A stretch of DNA of 64,000 nucleotides from Dehalococcoidia bacterium (GTDB lineage: Bacteria > Chloroflexota > Dehalococcoidia > UBA2979), in contig OZ219872.1 in the NCBI GenBank assembly GCA_964291495.2, positions 448,001-512,000 on the forward strand. Reading direction: 5' to 3'. Position 1 is the stretch's first letter; every line of letters starts with the position of its first letter. Shown here piece after piece: positions 30,160-40,034 of this stretch. The notes beneath the pieces were generated by a model. It saw only the letters and a program-made list of their open reading frames with translations, was not told the origin of the DNA and ran no database searches. A program made the translations under genes and the position numbers.

Positions 30160-33006
30160 ATGGCCCCAGACGCCGGCCCGATCACCGCGACCAGCAACAT
30201 GCTCGTCCGCCTGCTCGGCGGCGGCCCTGCCTACGCCTCCCTCGACGGCGGGGTGGTGCGCTTCGGTGACGCCGCCAGCACGGCAGTCGGAGCGATCGAC
30301 CGGATCGAGACGCGCCGCTCGTGGTTCTGGACGCGGCTCGCGATCCGCGAAGCCGCAGGCGCCGAGCGCTCCATCGGCGGCCTCGATCGGGAGGAAGCCG
30401 ATCGGCTCGCCGAGGCGGTGCGCGAGGATGTCGCCCGTGCTGCCGGGGAGATCGCGCCCCAACTCACGCAACTCGACGACCGCCTCAAGCGCTTCCAGGC
30501 GACCAACCGTTACAGGCGCAACTCGCTGAGCAACGGCCTCCACGCGGACATTGCCGCTGCCGCACGGCTCAGTGGCGGAGCCCTCATCCGGATCCACCTG
30601 CCCGCCAGCGCTCGCGAGGCGCTCGCGCGCCTCGCGCCAGTCGCCGGCCTCGATGCATTCGAGGCGGCGCGGGAGGAGGCCAACGCCCGGCTCGTTGCCG
30701 GCTCCGTCGCAGCAGTGACGCAGGCCGCATCCGGCGTGCTGTCCTCGCCGCCGACCGAGGAGCAGGCACAGGCGATCGCCACGGACGAGGACACGACGCT
30801 GGTGCTCGCGGGGGCGGGCACGGGCAAGACCGCCGTGATCACCGGCAAGGTCACCCACCTGGTGCGCAACCTTGGTGTGTCACCGCGCGAGATCCTCGTG
30901 CTCGCCTTCAATCGCAAGGCTGCCGAGGAGATCCGCGAGCGCCTGCCGGAGGATCTCGCCGGCGCCCACGTCGCCACGTTCCACGCCTTCGGACGGCGTG
31001 TGATCGCCGATGTCGAGGTCGCCCCGACGATGTCGAAGCTGGCGGAGGACGAGGCGCGGTTGATCGCCGTCATCGACCGCATCCTCGTCGAGTTGCTCAG
31101 CGATCCTCGGCAGAGCCGGGCGGTCACCGACTTCATCGACCGGCACCGGACGGACTACCGCTCGCAGTTCGACTTCGAGACGCCGGGCGAGTACTTCGAC
31201 CACGTCCGCCGCTCCGAGTTACGGGCGCTCAGCGGCGATCTCGTCAAGAGCTTCGAGGAGCTGGAGATCGCGAACTTTCTGACGCTGAATGGTGTCGCGT
31301 TCAGGTACGAGGGAGCCTACGAGGTCGAGACCGCAAGCACCTGGCATCGCCAGTACCGGCCCGACTTCTACCTTCCGGACCACGACATCTACATCGAGCA
31401 CTTCGCGCTGGACCGGGAGGGCCGTCCGCCGAAGGCGTGGACGGGCTACGCCGACGGAGTCGCGTGGAAGCGGGGCATCCACGAGGAGAACGGGACCACT
31501 CTGATCGAGACCTACAGCTGGCAGCAGCGAGAGGGCGTGTTGCGCCGCAGGCTGCGCGAGCAGCTTGAGGAGGCGGGCGTCACGTTCGAGCGGGTCTCGC
31601 TACGCGCGCTGCTCGAAGAGTTGGGACGCTGGTTGATCTCCTGGCTGGCGCAACTGGTGGCGACATTCCTCAACCACGTCAAGACCAGCGGCGTCTCCGC
31701 CGAGGCGCTGCGCGTGCGAGCGCGCGACTCGGGCGATCGCACGCGCAACGAGGCCTTCCTCGATGTCTTCGAGCAGGTGAGGACACGCTACGAGGAGCTG
31801 CTGGGCGAGGACAAGGACTTCCAGGATCTGATCAACCACGCTGCGGCGCACATCCGGGCGGGGCGCTGGGAATCGCAGTACCGCTACGTGCTGGTGGACG
31901 AGTTCCAGGACATCTCGGCGGGCCGGATGGCGCTGCTCCAGGCGCTGAAGCGCCCGGGCCTCGCCTACTTCCTCGTCGGCGACGACTGGCAGTCGATCTA
32001 CCGCTTCGCCGGTAGCGATGTGGGCCTCGTGCGCGACTGCGGGCGCTACCTCGGTCACGTCCGGGAGCGGGCGCTTGGCCGCACCTTTCGGTTCGGTCGA
32101 GGCATCCTGGAGCCCTCGACCGCATTCGTGGTGCGCAACCCCGAGCAGACTCAACGCACCTTGCGCCCGGCGGAAGGCGTGCCCAACGCTGGAGTCACCG
32201 TCATCGCCAGCGACGACTCGGCCCGCGGCCTCCAGGACGCCCTGCGCGACATCGAGGCTCGCGAGGGCGAAAGCGGCGCGCCAACTTCAGTGCTCGTGCT
32301 CGGGCGCTACCGGGGCAGTGCAGGCGCGCTCCCGCCCCGCCGCGGGAGGCTGCGTCTCGAGTTCAGCACGGTGCACGCCGCGAAGGGCCGCGAGGCCGAC
32401 TACGTGGTCGTGCTTGATCTCAGGGACGCGCGGCGCGGCTTCCCCGCCCAGTTCGAGGACGACCCGCTACTTGGGCTGGTGCTGCCGCCTCCGCACCGAG
32501 GCGCGTTCGCGCACGCGGAGGAGCGGCGCCTCTTCTACGTGGCGCTCACGCGGGCGCGCCGCGGGACGTACCTCGTCGCCGACTCGCTGCGTCCCTCGGT
32601 CTTCGTGGGCGAGCTGCTCCGCGAGTCGCCCGGCGTGCGCCGCCTCGGCGAGTTCAGGCGGGACCGCACGCCCGCCTGCCCGCGCTGCCGCACCGGCCGC
32701 CTCGATGTCTCCCAAAGCGGCCGCAGCCTGAGCTGCCTGAACTTTCCCCTCTGCCGCTACCGCGCACCTCGCTGCCAGAGCTGCCGGAGAGGCTTCGCGG
32801 TGATCTCCGGCGCCTCGTCCCGCTGCACGAACGCATCGTGCGGCGCCAGCCCGCCGGCCTGCGATTCGTGCCGCGCGGGGGTCATGGTCAACCGCAAGGG
32901 GCGGACGGGCTGGTTCCTCGGATGCACGGAGTTCGCCTCGGACCAGCCCTGCACGAACACCCGCAGCCTCGACAATGCTCGAGGAAGGCGAGGCCGCCGC
33001 GGCTAA
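30160..33006 (+). CDS. helD: DNA helicase IV (UvrD family) with inserted nuclease-like segment and C-terminal Zn ribbons
   Basis: AGAGTGKT, VDEFQD, VGDDWQSIYRFAGS, TVHAAKGREAD, EERRLFYVALTRAR; C-terminal Cys clusters resemble topoisomerase I Zn ribbons. Start is uncertain (30160 or 30199). Confidence 0.85.
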   Translation: MAPDAGPITATSNMLVRLLGGGPAYASLDGGVVRFGDAASTAVGAIDRIETRRSWFWTRLAIREAAGAERSIGGLDREEADRLAEAVREDVARAAGEIAPQLTQLDDRLKRFQATNRYRRNSLSNGLHADIAAAARLSGGALIRIHLPASAREALARLAPVAGLDAFEAAREEANARLVAGSVAAVTQAASGVLSSPPTEEQAQAIATDEDTTLVLAGAGTGKTAVITGKVTHLVRNLGVSPREILVLAFNRKAAEEIRERLPEDLAGAHVATFHAFGRRVIADVEVAPTMSKLAEDEARLIAVIDRILVELLSDPRQSRAVTDFIDRHRTDYRSQFDFETPGEYFDHVRRSELRALSGDLVKSFEELEIANFLTLNGVAFRYEGAYEVETASTWHRQYRPDFYLPDHDIYIEHFALDREGRPPKAWTGYADGVAWKRGIHEENGTTLIETYSWQQREGVLRRRLREQLEEAGVTFERVSLRALLEELGRWLISWLAQLVATFLNHVKTSGVSAEALRVRARDSGDRTRNEAFLDVFEQVRTRYEELLGEDKDFQDLINHAAAHIRAGRWESQYRYVLVDEFQDISAGRMALLQALKRPGLAYFLVGDDWQSIYRFAGSDVGLVRDCGRYLGHVRERALGRTFRFGRGILEPSTAFVVRNPEQTQRTLRPAEGVPNAGVTVIASDDSARGLQDALRDIEAREGESGAPTSVLVLGRYRGSAGALPPRRGRLRLEFSTVHAAKGREADYVVVLDLRDARRGFPAQFEDDPLLGLVLPPPHRGAFAHAEERRLFYVALTRARRGTYLVADSLRPSVFVGELLRESPGVRRLGEFRRDRTPACPRCRTGRLDVSQSGRSLSCLNFPLCRYRAPRCQSCRRGFAVISGASSRCTNASCGASPPACDSCRAGVMVNRKGRTGWFLGCTEFASDQPCTNTRSLDNARGRRGRRG

Positions 33007-34157
33007 CCGCGCTGGCGGCGCATGACGCGGTAGATGTTGTTGCGCTGCACCTCGCTGGCGCCCTCGTAGATGCGGGCGACGCGGATGTCGCGGTAGAGAC
33101 GCTCGATCGGCGATTCGCGGAGGTAGCCGACGCCGCCGTGCATTTGCAGCGAGCGGTCGACCACGCGCTGCGCCGCCTCGCTGGCGTAGACCTTGCAGAT
33201 CGAGGCCTCCGCCGCCACGTCCTCGCCCGCGTCGAGTTGCAGCGCCGTGCGGTAGATCAGCGACTCCGCCGCCATCACCTCGATCGCCATGTCGGCGAAG
33301 GCGTGCTGCGTCACCTGGAAGTCGCCGATCGTCTGGCCGAACAGCTCGCGCTCGTGCGCGTAGCGCCAGCCCAGCTCCAGCGCCTCCTTCGCCACGCCGA
33401 GGCACATCGCCCCGATGCCGACGCGCGAGCCGTTGAGCACCGAGAGCGCGAGCCGGAAGCCACCGTCCGCCTCGCCGACAAGGCCCGCGCGCGGGGTGCG
33501 CACGCCGTCGAGGATCACGTGCGCCGTCGAAGAGGCGCGCAGCCCCATCTTGTCCTCGAGCCGCGCGACCTCGAGGCCGGGCGAACCGCCCTCGACGGCG
33601 AAGAGCGAGATGCCCTCGCGGCCGCGCTCCGGCGCGGTCTTCGCGAAGACGAGGTAGACGCCGGCGCGGTCGCCGTTGGTGACGTAGGCCTTCTCGCCGT
33701 CGAGGACGTAGTCGTCGCCGTCGGCGCGCGCGGTCGTGCGCAGCGCGGGCACGTCGCTGCCGCCTCCCGGCTCGGTGAGGCAGAATGCGCCGACGACCTC
33801 GCCGCTGACGAGCCCGCGCAGCCAGCGCTCGCGCTGCTCGTCGCTGCCGAATCGCTCGATCAGCGGCGCCGCGAGGCCGGTCGAGGCGGCGAGCACGAGC
33901 GCAGTTGAGACGTGCGCGCGCGACAATTCCTCGAGGGCGATCGCGAAGCCGATCTGGCCCAGCTCCGCGCCGCCCCACCCGGCGGGGAACGGTGTGCCGA
34001 AGAAGCCGACCTCGCCCAGCAGCGCGATCACCTCGTCGGCGATGCGCTCCTTCGCCTCCATCTCGTCGACGCGCGGGCGCAGCTCACGGTCGGCGAAGTC
34101 GCGCGCGGTGCGGCGCAGCGCGGCGATCTCGGGCGGCAGTCCGGCGTCGGCGTCCAT
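33003..34157 (-). CDS. Acyl-CoA dehydrogenase
   Basis: FCLTEPGGGSD, GEKAYVTNG, KMGLRASST, RELFGQTI.DFQ, HGGVGY, RIYEGASEVQR. Confidence 0.95.
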   Translation of the reverse strand: MDADAGLPPEIAALRRTARDFADRELRPRVDEMEAKERIADEVIALLGEVGFFGTPFPAGWGGAELGQIGFAIALEELSRAHVSTALVLAASTGLAAPLIERFGSDEQRERWLRGLVSGEVVGAFCLTEPGGGSDVPALRTTARADGDDYVLDGEKAYVTNGDRAGVYLVFAKTAPERGREGISLFAVEGGSPGLEVARLEDKMGLRASSTAHVILDGVRTPRAGLVGEADGGFRLALSVLNGSRVGIGAMCLGVAKEALELGWRYAHERELFGQTIGDFQVTQHAFADMAIEVMAAESLIYRTALQLDAGEDVAAEASICKVYASEAAQRVVDRSLQMHGGVGYLRESPIERLYRDIRVARIYEGASEVQRNNIYRVMRRQRG

Positions 34158-34184
34158 CGAGGGCCCTCGCTACGTCCAGGCGGC

Positions 34185-34961
34185 TCAGCGCGCGCGGCCG
34201 CCGCCGTCGATGTTGTAGATCGCGCCGTTGATGTAGGAGGCGTCTTCGCTCAGCAGGAAGGTGACGAGCGCGGCGACCTCCTCCGCCTCGCCGTAGCGGG
34301 CCATCGGGTTGCGCTGCTCGTACTGGCGGCGGGTGGTCTCCGGGCTGTCCGGTGTGCGGCTCGACTCGAGGCGGCGCATCATCTGCGTATTGATCGGCGA
34401 GGGGCAGACGGCGTTGACGCGCACGCCCGCGTCGCCGAACTCGATGGCCGCGGTCTTCGTCATCCCGACGACGGCGTGCTTGCTCGCCCCGTAGGCGACG
34501 ATGCCCGGGGTGGCGCCCAGCCCGGCCACCGAGGAGGTGTTGACGATCGAGCCGCCGCCGCGGTCGATCATCCCCGGCGCCACGTACTTCATGCCCAGCC
34601 ACACGCCCTTGAGGTTGATCGCGATCACACGGTCGAACAGCTCCTCCGGGTACTCCGTGAGCGGGTGCACGGTGCCCTCGATGCCCGCGTTGTTGAAGAA
34701 GACATCGATGCCGCCGAAGTGCTCCGTCGCGCGCTCGACGTAGCGCTCGACCTGCTCGGCGTCCCGCACGTCGGCCTCGAGGGTCAGCACCTCGGCGCCG
34801 GCCTCGCGCACCGGCGTCGCCGCGGCGACGAGGTCCAACGCGTCGAGGTCGACGAGCACGATGCGCGCGCCCTCGCTGGCGAGTCGCAGCGCCGTCGCTC
34901 GTCCGATCCCGCCCGCGCCGCCGGTGATCAGCGCCGTCTTGCCCTCGAATCGCCCGTCCAT
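34185..34961 (-). CDS. SDR oxidoreductase
   Basis: TGGAGGIG, NNAGIEG, YGASK, VCPSPINT. Confidence 0.93.
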   Translation of the reverse strand: MDGRFEGKTALITGGAGGIGRATALRLASEGARIVLVDLDALDLVAAATPVREAGAEVLTLEADVRDAEQVERYVERATEHFGGIDVFFNNAGIEGTVHPLTEYPEELFDRVIAINLKGVWLGMKYVAPGMIDRGGGSIVNTSSVAGLGATPGIVAYGASKHAVVGMTKTAAIEFGDAGVRVNAVCPSPINTQMMRRLESSRTPDSPETTRRQYEQRNPMARYGEAEEVAALVTFLLSEDASYINGAIYNIDGGGRAR

Positions 34962-35060
34962 CTTGTCCTCCGCTCCCCGATGCTCGCGCGTCTCTGTAGT
35001 CGCCCGGCGCAGCGTAGCGAATGTCGGCGGTTCGTACCTGCCGGGGGCGCGCGCCTCGCC

Positions 35061-36245
35061 TCAGGCCGCCGGCACGGACGCGAGCCGCGCGTCGACGCTG
35101 CGCAGCGCCGCCTCGGCCGTCGTGATCCCCTCGCGCTCCGCGAGGTGCAGCAGCCTCAGCGTCGTCGGCCCGACGCGCTTGACCAGCTCCTCGATGCGAT
35201 CGGCGCCGCCGCCGGCGTGGTCGACGCCGGCGGCAATCACGCCGCCGGCGCTCACGATGTAGTCCGGCGCGTAGAGGATGCCGCGCGCGGCCAGCAGCTC
35301 GGCATCGGCGGGGTCGTGCAGCAGCTGGTTGTTCGCCGCACCGCAGACCACGCGGCAGCGCAGCTGGGTGATCGACTGCGGGTTGAGCACCCCGCCGAGC
35401 GCGTTCGGCGAGAGCACGTCGCAGGGCTGCAGGTAGGCGCCCTCGAGGGCGACGTGCTCGCCGCCGATCTCACGTGCGAGGTCCGCGGCGACATCCTCGT
35501 AGAGGTCCGTGACGGCGACGTTGGCGCCCGCGGCAGCCGCCCGGCGCGCCACCTTGGCGCCCACCTTGCCCGTGCCGACGACGACGACGCGGCGGCCCAC
35601 TAGCAAGCTGTTGCCGAAGGCGAACTCGCAGGCCGCGTGCATCCCGTTGATGACACTACGCGCCGTCGGCTCCGAGGTGTCCACGTCGTGCCGGCCGCCC
35701 CGCGCGACGCCGGCGAGGTGGTCGGTCTCCCGCGCGATCGCCCGCAGGTCGTCGAGCGTCGTGCCGACGTCGGTGGTGGTGACGTAGCGTCCCCCGAGGC
35801 GTTCGACGAAGCGGCCGTAGGCGGCGAGCTGCTCCGGTGGTTTGGCTGCGGCATCGCCGACGATCGCCGCCTTGCCGCCGCCGTAGTCGAGGCCCGCGAC
35901 GGCCGATTTCGCGGTCATCGCCGCAGACAGCCGCAGCACGTCGACCAGCGCCTCGCCGATGTCCTCGTAGGGCCGCCATCGCGCGCCGCCAAAGCCAGGA
36001 CCGAGCACGGTCGAGTGCAGCGCGACCAGCGCGCGCAGCCCGGAGGCGGCGTCGTGGTGGTAGTAGACCGCCTCGTGGCCGTCGGGGTCGTAGGGGAGGC
36101 CCGTGCGGGCGCCATCGCCGTCCGGCGCGCGCGTCGAGGTCCAGCGCAGCAGGTCCGCGTCAAGCTCCTCAGCCGGGCCGAGCAGCCCTTCGAGGGCGGC
36201 CCGATCTTGCTCGAATCCGCGACCCGATCCGGATGCGTTCTTCAT
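35061..36245 (-). CDS. Glu/Leu/Phe/Val dehydrogenase (leucine dehydrogenase-like)
   Basis: HSTVLGPGFGGAR, MTAKSA..GGGKA, DVGT, GTGKVG, GAANNQL, YAPDYIVSAGG. Start supported by TATTCT 6 nt upstream. Confidence 0.9.
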   Translation of the reverse strand: MKNASGSGRGFEQDRAALEGLLGPAEELDADLLRWTSTRAPDGDGARTGLPYDPDGHEAVYYHHDAASGLRALVALHSTVLGPGFGGARWRPYEDIGEALVDVLRLSAAMTAKSAVAGLDYGGGKAAIVGDAAAKPPEQLAAYGRFVERLGGRYVTTTDVGTTLDDLRAIARETDHLAGVARGGRHDVDTSEPTARSVINGMHAACEFAFGNSLLVGRRVVVVGTGKVGAKVARRAAAAGANVAVTDLYEDVAADLAREIGGEHVALEGAYLQPCDVLSPNALGGVLNPQSITQLRCRVVCGAANNQLLHDPADAELLAARGILYAPDYIVSAGGVIAAGVDHAGGGADRIEELVKRVGPTTLRLLHLAEREGITTAEAALRSVDARLASVPAA

Positions 36246-36343
36246 GCATTCAGAATAGCGCCGCACGGCGTTTGCGGCTTCCGCGATGCGAAGCGACGCG
36301 GTCCCGGCTGATCCGGTATTCGACAGCGATCCGGAGGGGATCG

Positions 36344-37009
36344 CTACGCGTCCCCGAGGGCTTCGTGGAGCAGCGAGGCGTGCCCCGCGACGAACGCGGC
36401 GGTTGCCTCGCCGAGCGGCGTCGCGCCGCGCCGCAGGTCGCCCGCCTCGTCGATATCGTCGCGCAGCGAGGGCAGCTCGAGCCAGGCGACGGCCAGCCCG
36501 GCCGTCTCGCCCAGCGCGCGGTGGCGCGCAGCCGATCCGATGCCAAACGCGGGCGCGATCGCATCCGGCGGGCGCAGCCCGAGCAGCCCCGTCCCGCCGT
36601 CGCGCGAGGGCGCAACGACGACCGAGGCCGCCTCGAGCGCCTCGAGGGCTCGGCGCAGTTCGGAGGGCTGTGCGCGCGGCTGATCGGCGGGCAGCACCAG
36701 CGCCGCGCACGCCTCCCGAGCGGCGGCTGCGGCGAGGGCCTGCGTGACGGCGGCGTTGTAGCCGCCGCCCGCGTCCGCGATCAGCTCCGCGCCCGCTCGC
36801 TCGGCGGCGGGCGCGTACTCCTCGTCCGGCGTCACCAGCAGCAGCAGCCCATCGTGCGCGGCGCGCACGGCGATCAGCACGTCCTCCAGCATCGCCAGCA
36901 CCAGCGAGGCGCGCTGCGGGGGCGTGAGCACCGCCGCCAGCCGCGACTTCGCCTCGCCGAGGCCCTTGACCGGCACGATCACGCACAGCCCGCCCGTCCC
37001 GGCGGTCAT
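36344..37009 (-). CDS. cofC: 2-phospho-L-lactate/PEP guanylyltransferase (F420 biosynthesis)
   Basis: VPVKGLGEAKSRL, AMLEDV, PADQP, DGGT, FG.GSA.RH, DIDE..DL; directly downstream of cofD. Confidence 0.92.
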   Translation of the reverse strand: MTAGTGGLCVIVPVKGLGEAKSRLAAVLTPPQRASLVLAMLEDVLIAVRAAHDGLLLLVTPDEEYAPAAERAGAELIADAGGGYNAAVTQALAAAAAREACAALVLPADQPRAQPSELRRALEALEAASVVVAPSRDGGTGLLGLRPPDAIAPAFGIGSAARHRALGETAGLAVAWLELPSLRDDIDEAGDLRRGATPLGEATAAFVAGHASLLHEALGDA

Positions 37010-37929
37010 TCGGTCGCCTCGAGGACGCGCCGCGCCAGCGCCTCGCGGCGCTCCGCGCTCGTCATCATCGTGTCGCAGACCACGGCGCGCAGGCCCAGCG
37101 CCTCGACGGCGCCGGCAAGCGCGCCGTCGACCGCATCGAGGACGAAGCCGTCGACCAGCCCGGCGTAGAGCCGCGCCACGCCGAGCGCGGACACCTCGTG
37201 GCCGAGGCTCCGCATGATCGCGGCGGCGGGGCCTTTCACCGCCTCGCCGCCGACGATCGGGCTGACCGCGACCCGCACCGCCCGCGAGCCCTCGAGGGCA
37301 TCGCGCACGCCGGGCACGGCAAGCAGCGGGTCGATCGAGACGAAGGGGTTGCTGGGCGCGATGATCACGGCGTCCGCCTCGGCGATCGCCTCGATCACGC
37401 CGGGGGCGGGCCGCGCCTCCGCCGCGCCGGGGAAGCGCAGCCCGGTGACGGTCGCCTCGGCACGGCCGCGCACGAAGTAGTCCTGGAAGCTCAGCTCGCC
37501 CTCGGGCGTCACCACGACGGTCGGGTGCGGGTCGTCGGTCACGGGCAGCAGCCGGAAGCGCAGGCCGCGCCGCCGCGCCAGCTCGGCCGTGACCGCGCTC
37601 AGCGGCTCGCCGGCCCGCAGCCGCTCGCTGCGCCAGAGGTGCGTGGCCACATCGCGATCGCCGATCCGGAACCACGGCTCCTCGCCCAGCGCGTCCAGCT
37701 CGTCGAGCATCGAGAAGCTGTCGCCGCTGCGGCCCCAGCCCTGCTCGCCCTCGAGGCCGGCGAGCGTGTAGACGACCGTGTCGATGTCGGGCGAGACGCG
37801 CAGCCCGCGCCATTCGAAGTCGTCGCCGACGTTGCAGACGACGCTGACGTCGGCCGGGTCCACGACCCGGCAGAGGCCGTCGAGGAAGCGCGCCGCGCCC
37901 ACGCCGCCGGCCAGCACGGTGATCCGCAT
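37006..37929 (-). CDS. cofD: 2-phospho-L-lactate transferase (F420 biosynthesis)
   Basis: LAGGVGAARF, NVGDD..GL.VSPDIDTV.YTL, WFRIGDRD.ATH, FQDYFV, PSNPFVSI, VKGPA. Confidence 0.95.
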   Translation of the reverse strand: MRITVLAGGVGAARFLDGLCRVVDPADVSVVCNVGDDFEWRGLRVSPDIDTVVYTLAGLEGEQGWGRSGDSFSMLDELDALGEEPWFRIGDRDVATHLWRSERLRAGEPLSAVTAELARRRGLRFRLLPVTDDPHPTVVVTPEGELSFQDYFVRGRAEATVTGLRFPGAAEARPAPGVIEAIAEADAVIIAPSNPFVSIDPLLAVPGVRDALEGSRAVRVAVSPIVGGEAVKGPAAAIMRSLGHEVSALGVARLYAGLVDGFVLDAVDGALAGAVEALGLRAVVCDTMMTSAERREALARRVLEATE

Positions 37930-37965
37930 GTCGCCGCCTCGCCGAGCCCCGCGCCCGCCTCGCTG

Positions 37966-38943
37966 CTAGATGCCGGACTGGTAGCCGGCGTTCTCCTCGA
38001 TCACCCGGACCGGCGATCCGGCGAGGAAGGCGGCGATGTCCTCGACGGCGTGCTCGTAGTAGACGCGATAGCCGTCCTCGATCACGTACCCGACGTGCGG
38101 CGTGAGCACCGTGTTCGGCAGGCTGCGCAGCGGGTGGTCGAGCGGCAGCGGCTCGCGGTCGAAGGTATCGAGGCCGGCGCCGGCGATCGTGCCCGCCTCG
38201 AGCGCGTCCACGAGCGCGTCCTCGTCGATGATCGGGCCGCGCGAGGTGTTGACGATGTAGGCGCTGTCCTTCATCGCGGCCAGCTCGTCCGCGCCGATCA
38301 GCCCTCGTGTGCGTTCGCTGAGCTTGAGGTGGATCGTGACCACGTCCGAGCGCTCCAGCAGCTCCTCGAACTCCACGAGTTGCGCCCCCGCCTCCTCCGC
38401 GCGCTCCGCCGTCAGGTTCTGGCTCCAGGCGATCAGCTCCATCCGGAAAGCCGCGCCAATCCTCGCGACCTGCGTGCCGAGGTTCCCGAGGCCGAGGATG
38501 CCGAGCGTGGCGCCGCGCAACCCCTGCCCGAGCGCGACCTGCCAGCCCCCCTCGCGAATCGCGCGGTCCTCGTGCGTGATCTGGCGCGCGAGCGCCAGGA
38601 TCAGCGCCCACGTCAGCTCCGAGGTTCCGAAGCCGAGCGAGCCGGTCCCGGAGACGATCGCACCCAGCTCGCGCGCCGCCTCGACGTCGATCGCCGCGTT
38701 CTGGTTGCCCGTCGTGATCAGCAACTCCAGCCGCGGCAGCTTCTCCAGCAGGTCGCGCTGGAACGGGGTGCGCTCGCGCATCGCGACCACGACCTCGAAC
38801 TCGCGCAGTCGCTCCGCGACCGCCTCGATGTCGTGGAGGTGGTCGGAGAACACCTCCACCCGGGTTCCCGCCGGGAGGCTGGACCAGTCCGCCATCTTCA
38901 GCGCGACGTTCTGGTAGTCGTCCAGGACCGCTACGCGAACCAT
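37966..38943 (-). CDS. D-2-hydroxyacid dehydrogenase family protein
   Basis: LDDYQ, MRERT, GLGNLG, NTSRG, EPL, TPHVGY. Confidence 0.92.
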   Translation of the reverse strand: MVRVAVLDDYQNVALKMADWSSLPAGTRVEVFSDHLHDIEAVAERLREFEVVVAMRERTPFQRDLLEKLPRLELLITTGNQNAAIDVEAARELGAIVSGTGSLGFGTSELTWALILALARQITHEDRAIREGGWQVALGQGLRGATLGILGLGNLGTQVARIGAAFRMELIAWSQNLTAERAEEAGAQLVEFEELLERSDVVTIHLKLSERTRGLIGADELAAMKDSAYIVNTSRGPIIDEDALVDALEAGTIAGAGLDTFDREPLPLDHPLRSLPNTVLTPHVGYVIEDGYRVYYEHAVEDIAAFLAGSPVRVIEENAGYQSGI

Positions 38944-38994
38944 CGGGAACCTCCTCGCGACCTGCGCCCTCCGGCGCGCTGCTGGCTCTGACTG

Positions 38995-39888
38995 TTAGCC
39001 GTGACTGGGCGCGTCCGTCTCGTGACGCTGGTGATACTCCATGCCGGCCGTCGCCGGCGCCTTGCCGTCCACGATCGCCTCGGCGCGGGCTTTGGCGATC
39101 GCGTGGCCGATGTCGGGCCGGCTGATGATGTAGAAGCGGTCCTCGCGGATCGCATCGACGACGTGCCCGGCGATCTCGTCCGCCGTCGGATAGTCCGTGC
39201 GGCTCTGCGAGACGGCGAGACGGGTGTGGTAGCGCTCGAGGTCGAGCTCCGCCTGATCCTCCTGGCCGGGGTTCGCGAACTCCTCGGGGCGTCGCGTGCG
39301 GGTCACCGCGCCGCGGATGTGCGGGATCAGCACGGAGACGCTGACCGCGGCCTCTTCCTGCTTCAGCTCGTGCCAGAGCACCTCGCTGAGCGCCAGCACG
39401 GCGCTCTTCGTGACCACGTAGCTGCCGGTGCCCGGCCGCCCCGCGAGGCCGGCGGTCGAGGCGGTGTTGACGATGTGCCCCTCCTCGCCGCCCTCGAGCA
39501 TGATCGGGACGAAGACGCGCAGCGCGTGGATCATGCCCCAGAGGTTCGCGCCGATCGCCCACTGCCAGTCGCGTTCGGTGGTCGTCCAGATCGAGATGTC
39601 GCGGGTGTTGATGCCGACGTTGTTACAGAGCACGTGGACGCCGCCGAGTTCCTCGCTGACGCGCGCGGCCAGCGCCTCCACGCTCTCGCCGCTGGAGATG
39701 TCCGTCTCGACGGCGAGCACGCGCGCGCCGCGCTCCAGCAGCTCTTCCTGCGTCGCAGCGAGGGCGTCGACGTCCGCGTCGGCGAGGGCGACCGCCATGC
39801 CCTCGCGGGCGAAGCGGCGCGCCATGGCGGCGCCGAGCACGCCGCCGCCGCCCATCACCACCGCGACCTTGCCGGTGAACTCCTGCAT
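38995..39888 (-). CDS. SDR oxidoreductase
   Basis: GKVAVVMGGGGVLG, NNVG, NTAS, YVVTK. Confidence 0.9.
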   Translation of the reverse strand: MQEFTGKVAVVMGGGGVLGAAMARRFAREGMAVALADADVDALAATQEELLERGARVLAVETDISSGESVEALAARVSEELGGVHVLCNNVGINTRDISIWTTTERDWQWAIGANLWGMIHALRVFVPIMLEGGEEGHIVNTASTAGLAGRPGTGSYVVTKSAVLALSEVLWHELKQEEAAVSVSVLIPHIRGAVTRTRRPEEFANPGQEDQAELDLERYHTRLAVSQSRTDYPTADEIAGHVVDAIREDRFYIISRPDIGHAIAKARAEAIVDGKAPATAGMEYHQRHETDAPSHG

Positions 39889-40034
39889 CGCGCACCCCCT
39901 CGGCCGCCTCGCCCCACGCGGGGCCATCCGTACCACGCGCCGCCCGCGCGCGTCACGCCGCGGCTCGTCGCAGGATAGAATCCCCGAGGCCGTCGCGGCG
40001 CGCGCCGCGCACGATCTGTACGGAGGGAGCCCCC

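Noticed and set aside
35061-39562. Apparent 641-aa and 1072-aa fusion proteins
   Set aside because: These are stop-free upstream extensions. The real coding parts are the Leu-dehydrogenase-like gene (from 36245) and cofC (from 37009); the extensions overlap other genes in different frames.
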